Both the position numbers and the translations under genes were made by a program. This document shows positions 18,624-28,453 of a DNA stretch of 64,000 nucleotides, piece by piece (position 1 is the first letter of the stretch; each line of letters opens with the position of its first letter). The notes beneath the pieces are model-generated. The model saw only the letters and a program-made list of their open reading frames with translations. It was not told the DNA's origin and ran no database searches. Location of the stretch: positions 17,448 to 81,447 of the forward strand of contig CAZKWE010000009.1 in assembly GCA_964556545.1 (NCBI GenBank), in the 5' to 3' direction. This DNA comes from an uncultured Campylobacteraceae bacterium. GTDB taxonomy: Bacteria; Campylobacterota; Campylobacteria; Campylobacterales; JALSKU01.

Positions 18624-19583
18624 ATGAATTTTACAAATATCGCCAAAGATGTTTTAAGAACCGAAGCAAATGAGCTTTTAAGAGCGGCAAATGAATTAGA
18701 TGATGAAATAGAAAAAGCAGTTGAGATTGCCTATGAAACAAAAGGTAAACTCATAGTTACAGGAGTAGGAAAATCGGGGCTTATAGGAGCTAAAATCGCT
18801 GCAACTTTAGCAAGTACCGGAACAAGTAGTTTTTTTATACACCCTACTGAAGCCATGCATGGTGATCTTGGAATGATAGGAAGCGAAGATAGTGTTTTGG
18901 CCATAAGTTACAGTGGAGAAAGTGAAGAACTTATAAGATTACTGCCTCATTTAAAAAGATTTGATATACCTCTTATAGCCATGGCAAAAAGTAAAAATAC
19001 AACTCTTGGAAGATATGCAGATGTTTTTTTATCTGTTGATATACAAAAAGAAGCATGTCCTTTAAATACTGCTCCGACAAGCTCAACTACTCTAACTTTG
19101 GCTCTTGGAGATGCACTGGCGGTATGTCTGATGAAAAAAAGAGGATTTAAGAAAGAGGATTTTGCCTCTTTTCACCCGGGAGGAAGCTTGGGTAAAAAAC
19201 TTTTTGTGAAAGTAAAAGATATTATGCAAAAAGAATCTTTGCCAATTTGTCCGAAAGATACTCCCATGAAAGAAGCGGTTATCACCATGAGTGAAGGAAG
19301 ACTTGGCAATGCACTTTTGGTTGATAATGAAAAGCTTGTTGCAATTCTTAGTGACGGTGATGTAAGAAGAGCTTTGCAAGAGAGCGATTTTGATATAGAA
19401 AAACCTGCTTTTTTATATGCAAACAAAAACCCGAAAACCATAAGCAATGAAAATTTGCTTGCAAGCGATGCTCTAAAAGAGATAGAAAAATATAAAATAC
19501 AGATATTGGCTGTAACAGATAAAAAAAACCATATAAAAGGTGTTTTACATATACACCATTTAGTAGAAGCGGGTATAAAATAA
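18624..19583 (+). CDS. kpsF: arabinose-5-phosphate isomerase (KpsF/GutQ family)
   Basis: 319 aa with a SIS domain (GVGKSG.IG.KIAATLASTG) followed by two CBS repeats. Confidence 0.85.
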   Translation: MNFTNIAKDVLRTEANELLRAANELDDEIEKAVEIAYETKGKLIVTGVGKSGLIGAKIAATLASTGTSSFFIHPTEAMHGDLGMIGSEDSVLAISYSGESEELIRLLPHLKRFDIPLIAMAKSKNTTLGRYADVFLSVDIQKEACPLNTAPTSSTTLTLALGDALAVCLMKKRGFKKEDFASFHPGGSLGKKLFVKVKDIMQKESLPICPKDTPMKEAVITMSEGRLGNALLVDNEKLVAILSDGDVRRALQESDFDIEKPAFLYANKNPKTISNENLLASDALKEIEKYKIQILAVTDKKNHIKGVLHIHHLVEAGIK

Positions 19584-19592
19584 AGGAAAACT

Positions 19593-20351
19593 TTGGAAAA
19601 AATACGACTTAATAAAATGATATCTCACAATACGAGATATTCAAGAAGAGAAGCGGATGAACTTATAAAAAATGCAGAAGTAACACTTGACGGAAAGGTT
19701 GTAACAGATTTATCCACCAAGGTTGATTTTGGTGATAAAATACATATAAAAGGAAGAAGGCTTTACAGAAAAGATCACTTTAGTGTTATTGTTTATCACA
19801 AAAGAAAAGGTGAATTAGTCACCAAAAAAGATGACAGAGGTAGAAAAACAATATATGATAATTTACCAAAAAAATTCTCACACTATCTTCCTGTCGGAAG
19901 ACTTGATTTTACAAGTGAAGGACTTTTACTTTTAACCGATTCGCCCAATGTGGCGGGAAAGCTTATGCAAAGCAACCTTGAAAGGATTTACTATCTTAAA
20001 ATTGAAGGTGAAGTAACCGATGCTATGCAAGAGGGTATGAAAAATGGTGTTTTTATAGACTCAAAAGTCGGCGGTCACAAAAACAGTGATATAGAATCTA
20101 TGCAAATAGCTCCTTTTTTGGGATATAAGATTATAAAAAATTCTCCTACTTTTTCAAAACTAAAAGTTGCTATAAAGGAAGGGAAAAACAGAGAACTTAG
20201 AAGATTTTTTGCATATTTTGATTCAAATGTGGTAGACTTAAAAAGAGTAAGTTTCGGAGGAATTGATTTGGGTATGCTAAAAGAGGGCAAAACAAGATTT
20301 CTCACAAAAAGTGAATATCAAAGTCTTCATGACTTTTTGCATAAAAAATGA
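19593..20351 (+). CDS. pseudouridine synthase, RsuA/RluB family
   Basis: 252 aa with an S4 domain (SRREADELI..A.V..DG) and the catalytic GRLDFTSEGLLLLTD motif. TTG start. Confidence 0.8.
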   Translation: MEKIRLNKMISHNTRYSRREADELIKNAEVTLDGKVVTDLSTKVDFGDKIHIKGRRLYRKDHFSVIVYHKRKGELVTKKDDRGRKTIYDNLPKKFSHYLPVGRLDFTSEGLLLLTDSPNVAGKLMQSNLERIYYLKIEGEVTDAMQEGMKNGVFIDSKVGGHKNSDIESMQIAPFLGYKIIKNSPTFSKLKVAIKEGKNRELRRFFAYFDSNVVDLKRVSFGGIDLGMLKEGKTRFLTKSEYQSLHDFLHKK

Positions 20352-21535
20352 GTCTTAATTTAACCGCTATACTTCAACCAAAAAATCTTGATGAATTTAT
20401 CGGTCAAAGCCATATATTGAGTAATGACAAGCCTCTTTATAAGCTTATAAATAAAAAAGAAATTCCTCATATGGTATTTTTTGGCCCCCCGGGATGCGGC
20501 AAAACCACACTTGCCAAAATCTGTGCTTCACGATTGGAAAGTTCATTTCACTACCTTGATGCTACAAATCTCAAAGTAGAAGATATAAGAAAAATATTAT
20601 CAAAAAATACTCTTTTAAAACCACTTATCTTCATAGATGAAATACACAGACTATCAAAAAATCAACAAGAAGTTCTACTTTTGCCGATGGAAAGAAAAAA
20701 CTGTATCATCATAGGAGCAAGTACGGAAAATCCTTATTACTCTTTGACTTCGGGCATAAGGTCACGAATGATGCTGTTTAAATTCAAACCGCTAAACAAA
20801 AAAGAGCTTGAGAGTATTCTTGAAATGGCAATCCGAAAATTTGGTTTTAAGATTGAAAATGATGCAAAAGAGTATCTTTTGCATACAAGCGGCAATGATG
20901 CCAGAAGCATGTTAAATCTGATAGAATTTGCACTTGTAATTGAAAAAAATATTACACTAAAAACTCTAAAATCTCTTAAAGATATGCCTTCAAAAGAAGG
21001 AGTAAATTCAAAAGAGACACACTATGATCTTATAAGTGCACTTATAAAAAGTATAAGAGGAAGTGATATAGATGCCTCTTTGTATTATCTTGCAAGGATA
21101 ATTGAAGCCGGAGAAAAAGCAGAGTATATAGCAAGAAGACTTGTTATCCTCTCAAGCGAAGATATAGGAAATGCAAACCCGAATGCATTGAATTTGGCAA
21201 CCAATACACTAACTGCCGTTGCCCATATAGGATATCCGGAAGCGAAGATCATATTATCGCAATGTGTCATATATCTTGCATCATCACCAAAATCAAACAG
21301 CAGTTATAAAGCTATAAAAAATGCTCAAAAATATATAAAACAAAATACTTTAAAACCCATACCGAATCATTTAAAACAAAATTCCGAGGATTATCTTTAT
21401 CCTCATGATTTTGGCGGATATATAAAGCAAGAGTATATGAAAGATAGTGTAAAATTTTATAAAAATAATAAAATAGGCTTTGAAAAAACTCTAAATGAGT
21501 GGCTTAAAAAATTAAAAACGGAGACAAACAATTGA
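20348..21535 (+). CDS. rarA: replication-associated recombination protein A (AAA ATPase)
   Basis: 395 aa with Walker A GPPGCGKTT, FIDEIHR, and the C-terminal MgsA region (HYDLISALIKSIRGSD.DA.LYYLARI). Confidence 0.85.
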   Translation: MSLNLTAILQPKNLDEFIGQSHILSNDKPLYKLINKKEIPHMVFFGPPGCGKTTLAKICASRLESSFHYLDATNLKVEDIRKILSKNTLLKPLIFIDEIHRLSKNQQEVLLLPMERKNCIIIGASTENPYYSLTSGIRSRMMLFKFKPLNKKELESILEMAIRKFGFKIENDAKEYLLHTSGNDARSMLNLIEFALVIEKNITLKTLKSLKDMPSKEGVNSKETHYDLISALIKSIRGSDIDASLYYLARIIEAGEKAEYIARRLVILSSEDIGNANPNALNLATNTLTAVAHIGYPEAKIILSQCVIYLASSPKSNSSYKAIKNAQKYIKQNTLKPIPNHLKQNSEDYLYPHDFGGYIKQEYMKDSVKFYKNNKIGFEKTLNEWLKKLKTETNN

Positions 21536-22866
21536 ATATAGCAATCATAGGTGGCGGTATAAGCGGACTTACCACTGCATTTTACATAAAATACTTCAGT
21601 CCGCAAACGAAGATAACACTTTTTGAAAAAGAAGCTTATCTTGGCGGAAAAATGCATACGGTTCAAAAAGACGGTTTTTTTATAGAAGAGGGTAGCAATG
21701 GATTTTTATCCAATAAACCTGACACTTTGGAGCTTGTAAAACTTAGCGGATGCAAAGATATACTTTTAAAAAGCAGTGATAATGCGAGAAAAAGATTTAT
21801 TTATGATAAAAAGCTTGAAGTTTTACCCGAATCTCCAAAAGCATTTTTAACAACTTCTCTTCTTAGCCTAAAAGGAAAACTTAGAGTTTTATGGGAACCA
21901 TTTGCATTTGCTAAAAAAGATGACGGTGATGAAAGTCTGCAATCATTTGGTTACAGAAGAGTAGGAAAAGAGATGACTGATGTTTTTTTGGATGCTATGG
22001 TTGCAGGAGTTTATGCTTCAACTCCATCAAAAATATCAGCCCCGGCAGCATTTCCGCTTGTAGTCAATCTGGAAAAAAAGTATGGTTCTCTTTTTAAGGG
22101 TATGCTTGCAAAAAAGAAAAAAGAAGCAGGGCCGGGCGGAGTTTTAATGAGCTTTAGAGGCGGAGTCAGCTCTTTTATAGAAAAACTCTCATTATGTATT
22201 GATATGAATATCATAAAAGATACACAAATTACAAGCTTGCAAAAAGATAAAAATGAGTTTGTTATAACTTCGGACAATATAAAAATGCACTTTGACAAAG
22301 TTGTACTTGCCACTCCGGCTTACAGTACGGCGAATATTTTAAAAGAGTTGGCTCCGGATTTATCAAAAGAGTTAGAAGAGATAGAGTATTCGCCGATATC
22401 TATAGTGGCAACAGGTTATGAAAAACTATCAAATGATTTAAACGGTTTTGGTCTTTTAACAACCACAAGAGCTAAAAAAAGTATTCTTGGTATTCTTTGG
22501 GACAGTTCCATATTTGACGACAGAGCCCAATCAAACAAAAAGCTTCTTAGGGTCATGATAGGCGGACAAAGAGATAAAAAATTAGCTTTAAAAGATGAAA
22601 ATGAACTTTTGACAATAGCATTAAATGGTATAAAAGAGACTATGGCAATAGATAAAAAACCTGATTTTTACTATATAAAAAGATGGGAAAAGGGGATACC
22701 GAACTATGCTGTAGGCCATATAAAAAAAGTGGATAAAATTTTTAATATGGCTAAAAATATAGATGGTTTATATCTTAATTCAAATGCATACAAGGGTATA
22801 GGTTTAAATGATTGTGTTAGCAATTCAAAAAAGTGTGCTTTGGAAATAGTTGGTAAAAATTCTTAA
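21532..22866 (+). CDS. hemY: FAD-dependent protoporphyrinogen oxidase-like protein (HemY/PPOX family)
   Basis: 444 aa with the N-terminal dinucleotide fold IAIIGGGISGLT, E...LGG motifs and PPOX-like length. TTG start. Confidence 0.65.
   Translation: MNIAIIGGGISGLTTAFYIKYFSPQTKITLFEKEAYLGGKMHTVQKDGFFIEEGSNGFLSNKPDTLELVKLSGCKDILLKSSDNARKRFIYDKKLEVLPESPKAFLTTSLLSLKGKLRVLWEPFAFAKKDDGDESLQSFGYRRVGKEMTDVFLDAMVAGVYASTPSKISAPAAFPLVVNLEKKYGSLFKGMLAKKKKEAGPGGVLMSFRGGVSSFIEKLSLCIDMNIIKDTQITSLQKDKNEFVITSDNIKMHFDKVVLATPAYSTANILKELAPDLSKELEEIEYSPISIVATGYEKLSNDLNGFGLLTTTRAKKSILGILWDSSIFDDRAQSNKKLLRVMIGGQRDKKLALKDENELLTIALNGIKETMAIDKKPDFYYIKRWEKGIPNYAVGHIKKVDKIFNMAKNIDGLYLNSNAYKGIGLNDCVSNSKKCALEIVGKNS
22851..22860 (+). 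promoter_or_regulatory. extended -10-like box (TGGTAAAAAT) driving the repeated leader, copy 2
   Basis: It occupies the same position relative to the conserved block as TTGGTATAAT in copy 1, and lies inside the last codons of the hemY-like gene. Confidence 0.4.
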
Positions 22867-23026
22867 AACAATCATGCTTCAAAAAACACAAATAAAAATA
22901 AAAATCATGATTGTTTCTCTCGCCGACAGGCGTAGCATAAGTTTTACCCCACAAAATTTTAAAATTTTGTGGGGACCCCAAAGTGATAGGAATTTTTGCT
23001 GGAATTCATTTTCAGCAAAAAGGAGA
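22867..23026 (+). promoter_or_regulatory. structured leader / candidate cis-regulatory RNA, copy 2
   Basis: About 95% identical to 4458..4616. Its 3' AAAGGAGA is the SD for the ATG at 23035. Confidence 0.5.
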
Positions 23027-23034
23027 TTTTAAAA

Positions 23035-24245
23035 TGAAATATATCTTTTTTATTTTTTTGCCGGTTTTTGTATTTGCAAATGTACTTCAAGATGTCATAG
23101 ACAAAGCAAAACCATACTCCGTAATAGAACTCAAAGACGGAATTTACAAAGGAAATATAGTTATAAACAAACCTTTAAAAATCTTGGCAAAACAAGGGGC
23201 AAAGGCTATTATCGATGCAGACAAAAAGGGCAGTGTCATACTTTTGAAAAGTTCGAATATAACTTTACAAAATCTCATCATAAAAGGAACAGGTCACAGA
23301 AAAGAGATATTTGATAGTGCGATTATAGGCGAAAAGATAAATAACATAACTATAAAAAATTGCAAAATTACCGACTCTCTTTACGGTATAAATATCTCTA
23401 TGGCAAATAATATAAAAATTATCTCAAATACAATCTCTTCAAAAGATGAAAAAAAGCCTTTAAGAGGAGACGGTATAAAGTTTTGGTATGTAAACAATTC
23501 AAAGATTATAGGAAATACTTTTTTAAAAGTAAGAGATATACATTTTGAGAGATCCGATAATAATATCATAAAAAATAACCGTTTCTTATACAATAGATTT
23601 GCAACCCATATAGAGTTTGGTAAAAATAACCTTATTGAAAATAACTTTTACAGATACAATTCGGTCGGTATTTTACTTGAGGGTACGACAAAAATAAAAA
23701 TTATAAAAAATAAAATTCTAAATTCAAACGGCATGGCAGCCATAGGAGCACTTTTCAGAGGCGGAAATCATATAATTTTTCAAAATAATATACTCAAATA
23801 CAACAGAGAAGGATTATATATTGATGCAAAACCTTCCAAGCTTGAAAAATTTAAAAGAAAAATAATCAATAATGAGATAAGTTTTAACTTGCAAGCCATA
23901 CACTTTCATGCAATCATTGCCAACAATATTATAACATTCAATAAAATTCATGACAACCTTTATGATATAGTAAAAGATATAACAGGATATAAAAATTTAA
24001 ACAATAAGGTAGAATACAATTATTGGGGTCAATACAAAGGATTTGATACAAATTATGACAATATAGGAGATACCCCTTATATTATAAAAAGATATTTTGA
24101 CAAACTTTACAGTTATAACAATAAAATAAAATTCTTTTACGGCAGTACTGTTATGGCAGTAGTGGATTTTTTATGTGAAATAGCTCCATTTACCAAACCG
24201 GAAATACTCCTTGTGGATAAAAAACCTGTATTTAAGGATAAATGA
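23035..24245 (+). CDS. NosD-family periplasmic right-handed beta-helix protein
   Basis: Start moved to ATG 23035 (MKYIFFIFLPVFVFA signal peptide, SD AGGAGA 8 nt upstream). Has a NosD-like N-terminus (LQDVIDKAKP..VIELKDGIYKGNIVINKPL), repeated N..I.NN beta-helix units and a C-terminal GDTPY motif. Confidence 0.7.
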
Positions 24246-25393
24246 TGAAACATTTTAAAAAAGGTGAAGTTTATACCATATCATTAGCACATCTTTTTCA
24301 TGATATTTTTTCATCTTTTTTAGCTCCTATTTTACCGCTTCTTATAGAAAGACTCGGTATCTCACTTTCATTTGCATCATTTTTGGATATTGCCAGAAAA
24401 ATTCCGTCACTTTTAAATCCATTTTTAGGTTTGATGGCCGAAAGAAGAGATGTAAAATATTTTGTTATACTAACTCCTGCCATTACAGCTGTTTCAATGT
24501 GTCTTCTCGGGCTTACCTCTTCATACGCCATAGCTCTTTTACTGCTTTTTATAGCCGGTATAAGTGCCACTTTATTTCATATCCCTTCACCTACTATGAT
24601 AAAGATAGCTTCGGGCACACAAACAGGAAAAGGTATGAGCTTTTTTATGGTCGGAGGAGAAAGTGCCAGAACCATAGGTCCTCTTATCGTAACCGGTTCT
24701 ATATCATTATGGGGATTTGAGGGAATTTACAGGCTTATTCCTATCGGAGTATTGGCATCTTTTTTTTTATGGTATAAATTGAAAGATTTTCAAGTAAATA
24801 ATTTCAGCACCAAAAAAATTGAAAAAGGCAATACAAAAGAGATACTCAAAAAAGTATCATCTTTTTTTGCCATACTTGGCAGTTATATGCTTTTTAATGC
24901 AGGAACTAAATCTGCTGTAACTTTATATCTTCCCGTATATCTTACCAGACATGGCTTTTCAATATATGAAGCAGGTATTTCTCTCTCTGTTTTACAGTTT
25001 TTCGGAATACTCGGTACATTTTTTTCAGGCCATTTTTCCGATAAGATAGGAAGAAAAAATATGTTACTTATATCAGCTTTCGGAACAACTTTGTCAATGA
25101 TATTTTTTTTATACTTTAATTCTACCGCTCTTTTTCCCATATTGGCTGTTTTGGGCTTTTTTCTCTTTACTCCGAATCCTGTTATGATGGCAGCAGTTCA
25201 GGATACCAATACTTCAAAGCCAACTTTTCTCAACAGCATTTATATGGGTATAAACTTCGGTATCAGCTCACTTGTGGTCTTTTTAGTAGGATTCTTTGCC
25301 GATATTTACGGTCTTGAGAGAGTATATGAAATTTGTACCGTTTTTACTTTTTTATCTCTTTTTATCATACTCTTTTTACCTGTTAAACAATGA
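24242..25393 (+). CDS. MFS transporter (Fsr-like)
   Basis: 383 aa with about 12 helices and N-terminal LAHLFHDIFSSFLAPILPLL resembling the Fsr subgroup. Overlaps the NosD-like gene by 4 nt. Confidence 0.75.
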   Translation: MMKHFKKGEVYTISLAHLFHDIFSSFLAPILPLLIERLGISLSFASFLDIARKIPSLLNPFLGLMAERRDVKYFVILTPAITAVSMCLLGLTSSYAIALLLLFIAGISATLFHIPSPTMIKIASGTQTGKGMSFFMVGGESARTIGPLIVTGSISLWGFEGIYRLIPIGVLASFFLWYKLKDFQVNNFSTKKIEKGNTKEILKKVSSFFAILGSYMLFNAGTKSAVTLYLPVYLTRHGFSIYEAGISLSVLQFFGILGTFFSGHFSDKIGRKNMLLISAFGTTLSMIFFLYFNSTALFPILAVLGFFLFTPNPVMMAAVQDTNTSKPTFLNSIYMGINFGISSLVVFLVGFFADIYGLERVYEICTVFTFLSLFIILFLPVKQ

Positions 25394-25501
25394 TAATTTT
25401 TAGGCTTAAATAGTCATTTTTTAGCCTTGATGATAGTCATTTCTAATTATAAATTTTTAAGATATAATTCGCTTAAATTTTACTCTCCCAAAAGGTATCA
25501 A

Positions 25502-27604
25502 ATGCTTGCAGAAGTTTTAAAAAGAGACGGTACTACACAAGAATTTCAGTCATATAAAATAGAAGATGCAATTAAAAAAGCTTTCAAAAGTGAAAATACC
25601 ACATATGACAGGCAAGTATTTTTAAATGTTTTAGATAAGATAAAGCACAAAAGAGTAGCTGCAGTCGAAGATATACAAGATTTAATCGAGCATGAACTAT
25701 ACAAAGCAAGATACTTTGAAGTAATGAAATCCTTTATGCAGTACAGACTTATCCATAAGATGCAAAGAGAACATGTATTGGGTTTAAATGAAGATACCAC
25801 TTATATAAACTGTACCCAAACTATTGAAGAGTATATAGATAAACTTGACTGGAGAATCAATGCAAACTCCAACACAGGATACTCAAATGCCGGCTTGGTA
25901 AATAATTCAGCAGGCAAAATTATAGCAAATTACTGGCTTGATAAGATTTATTCAAGAGAAGAGGGATATGCTCACAGAAATGGAGATTATCACATACATG
26001 ATCTTGACTGCCTTACCGGATATTGTGCCGGATGGAGTTTAAGGGTACTTTTAGATGAAGGCTTTAACGGAGTCAGAGGCAGAGTTGAAAGTAAAGCTCC
26101 AAGCCATTTTAGAGAAGCTTTGGGACAAATGGCAAACTTTTTAGGAATTTTACAGAGCGAGTGGGCCGGAGCACAGGCATTTAGTAGTTTTGATACATAT
26201 CTTGCACCATATGTTTTTAAAGACAAACTCTCTTTTAAAGAGGTAAAAAAAGCTGTAAGAAGTTTTATATACAATTTAAATGTTCCTGCCCGATGGGGAC
26301 AGAGTCCATTTACGAACATTACCATTGATTGGACAGTTCCGAATGATTTAAAAGATCAAATACCTACCAAAAACCAATATCATCTTTTAAAAAATATAAA
26401 TGACAGGGAACTTTTAAATGAAGCAAAAAAAAGAGGCGTTAAAAATTTAACCGATTTGACATATAAATATTTTCAAAAAGAGATGAATCTTATAAACAGA
26501 GCCTACTATGAAGTAATGACTGAGGGAGATAAAACAGGTCAACCTTTTACTTTTCCCATTCCTACTGTAAATATCACGGAAGATTTTGACTGGTATGGAG
26601 AAAATACGGATCTTCTTTTTGAAAATACTGCAAAAATCGGCTCAAGCTACTTTCAAAATTTTATAGGAAGCCAGTATATAAGAGATGAAAATGGCAATTT
26701 GATTGAAAATCCTGAAGCTTACAAACCGGGTGCTGTTAGAAGTATGTGTTGTAGGCTTCAGTTGGATTTAAGAGAACTTTTAAAAAGAGGCGGCGGGCTT
26801 TTTGGCAGTGCGGAAATGACAGGAAGCATAGGGGTTGTTACCATAAATGCCACAAGACTTGGATATCTTTATAAAAATAACAAAGAAGCATTATATAAAG
26901 AACTTGAAAGATTGATGGATTTGGCAAAATCAACTCTTGAAAAAAAAAGAGTCTTTATACAGGAAATGTATGACAGGGGCTTATACCCTTATACGAAAAG
27001 ATATCTTCCCGGATTCAACAATCACTTTTCAACCATAGGGATTAACGGTATCAATGAAATGATACGAAATTTTAGTGAAGATAAAGATGATATTACAACA
27101 GAATTTGGAATGAAATTTGCTATTGAATTGTTAGAATATATGAGAGAAAAATTAAAATCATATCAAGAGGAAACAGGCAATTTGTATAATTTGGAAGCTA
27201 CTCCGGCAGAAGGAACTACTTATAGATTTGCAAAAGAGGATAAAAAAAGATATCCTGATATACTGCAAGCAGGTTTCGGTAAAAATATATACTATACAAA
27301 TTCTTCTCAGCTTCCGGTAAATTATACTGATGATCCTTTTGAAGCACTTGATATGCAAGATGAACTTCAGTGTAAATATACGGGAGGAACGGTTTTACAC
27401 CTGTATATGAGTGAAAAGATAAGTTCGCCCGAGGCTTGCAGAAAGCTTGTAAAAAATGTTATTGGCAATTACAGACTTCCATATATCACTATAACACCTG
27501 TTTTTTCCGTATGTGAAAAACACGGATACATAAACGGAGAACATGAATACTGTCCGTATTGTGATGAAGAGTTGATAAATGAATATGAAAAGGAGATATT
27601 ATGA
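25502..27604 (+). CDS. nrdD: anaerobic ribonucleoside-triphosphate reductase large chain, lacking the glycyl-radical motif
   Basis: Start at ATG 25502 (MLAEVLKRDGTTQEF, ATP-cone); a TATAAT lies upstream within the track extension. Class III RNR body ending in the Zn-site CEKHGYINGEHEYCPYC, with no RVxGY motif before the stop. Confidence 0.85.
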   Translation: MLAEVLKRDGTTQEFQSYKIEDAIKKAFKSENTTYDRQVFLNVLDKIKHKRVAAVEDIQDLIEHELYKARYFEVMKSFMQYRLIHKMQREHVLGLNEDTTYINCTQTIEEYIDKLDWRINANSNTGYSNAGLVNNSAGKIIANYWLDKIYSREEGYAHRNGDYHIHDLDCLTGYCAGWSLRVLLDEGFNGVRGRVESKAPSHFREALGQMANFLGILQSEWAGAQAFSSFDTYLAPYVFKDKLSFKEVKKAVRSFIYNLNVPARWGQSPFTNITIDWTVPNDLKDQIPTKNQYHLLKNINDRELLNEAKKRGVKNLTDLTYKYFQKEMNLINRAYYEVMTEGDKTGQPFTFPIPTVNITEDFDWYGENTDLLFENTAKIGSSYFQNFIGSQYIRDENGNLIENPEAYKPGAVRSMCCRLQLDLRELLKRGGGLFGSAEMTGSIGVVTINATRLGYLYKNNKEALYKELERLMDLAKSTLEKKRVFIQEMYDRGLYPYTKRYLPGFNNHFSTIGINGINEMIRNFSEDKDDITTEFGMKFAIELLEYMREKLKSYQEETGNLYNLEATPAEGTTYRFAKEDKKRYPDILQAGFGKNIYYTNSSQLPVNYTDDPFEALDMQDELQCKYTGGTVLHLYMSEKISSPEACRKLVKNVIGNYRLPYITITPVFSVCEKHGYINGEHEYCPYCDEELINEYEKEIL

Positions 27605-27780
27605 CAAAAGAGGAAATTTTAAAAAAATTAGAAAGTAAAAGAACAAAGTGTACTGTCTATACAAGAGTAATGGGATATCACAGACCCGTTGAAAGCTTTA
27701 ATATAGGAAAAAAAGGAGAACACAAGCAAAGAAAACATTTTAAGGAAAATCCCTCTGTAAAACTTCAAAACTGTGCATAA
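27601..27780 (+). CDS. 59-aa ORF carrying the class III RNR glycyl-radical motif
   Basis: Not in the ORF track (59 codons). Its ATG overlaps the nrdD stop (ATGA). Translation: [65 protein letters not shown]...FN.GK..E...R matches the NrdD C-terminal RVxGY glycyl-radical segment. Confidence 0.65.
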   Translation: MTKEEILKKLESKRTKCTVYTRVMGYHRPVESFNIGKKGEHKQRKHFKENPSVKLQNCA

Positions 27781-28453
27781 AATACTCTATGATATAACAA
27801 AATTTACTGCACTTGATTATGAAGATCATTTAAGTGCCGTATTGTGGTTTGGGGGATGCAATATGAGATGTCCCTACTGCCATAACTCCGATATTGTATT
27901 TGGCAAAAACAATATAACAAAAGATGAACTTTTTACTTTTTTAAAAAGCAGAATCGGAAGACTTGAAGCCGTAGTTTTAAGTGGTGGAGAGTGTACTTTG
28001 TATAAAGATTTACCAAATTTGGCAAAAGAGATAAAAAAACTTGGTTTTAAAATAAAAATAGATACCAACGGAACTAAACCTGATATTATAAAGGAGATGA
28101 TAGAAAAAAAGTTTATTGATTTTATTTCGCTTGATTATAAAGCACCAAAAAAACATTATCACAAAGTTACACAAAACAGTGACTTTGACAAATTTTATGA
28201 AACTCTGACTTACCTTATAAAAAAAGATCAGAATTTTGAAGTAAGAACAACTGTTCATACTGATTTATTGGGGGTTTATGACATAAATCTTATCATAAAA
28301 GAATTGCATTTACTCGGATATAAAGGTAATTATTACATACAAAACTATATGCATCAAGATAAAATCTTAGGTGATTTAAAAGAACAGAAAAAAATAATTG
28401 ACAAAGATAAAATTATAAAAGATTTAATATCTGTTAAATTTAGAAATTTTTAA
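27773..28453 (+). CDS. nrdG: anaerobic ribonucleotide reductase activating protein (radical SAM)
   Basis: 226 aa with the [12 protein letters not shown] radical-SAM cluster motif and GGECTL. The GTG start overlaps the small ORF by 8 nt. Confidence 0.85.
   Translation: MHKILYDITKFTALDYEDHLSAVLWFGGCNMRCPYCHNSDIVFGKNNITKDELFTFLKSRIGRLEAVVLSGGECTLYKDLPNLAKEIKKLGFKIKIDTNGTKPDIIKEMIEKKFIDFISLDYKAPKKHYHKVTQNSDFDKFYETLTYLIKKDQNFEVRTTVHTDLLGVYDINLIIKELHLLGYKGNYYIQNYMHQDKILGDLKEQKKIIDKDKIIKDLISVKFRNF

Noticed and set aside
22850-23034. 60-aa ORF 22850..23032 and the upstream start (22983) of the NosD-like ORF
   Set aside because: Both run through the conserved structured leader. The copy at 4458-4616 does not preserve either reading frame. 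ATG 23035 has the SD and gives a proper signal peptide.
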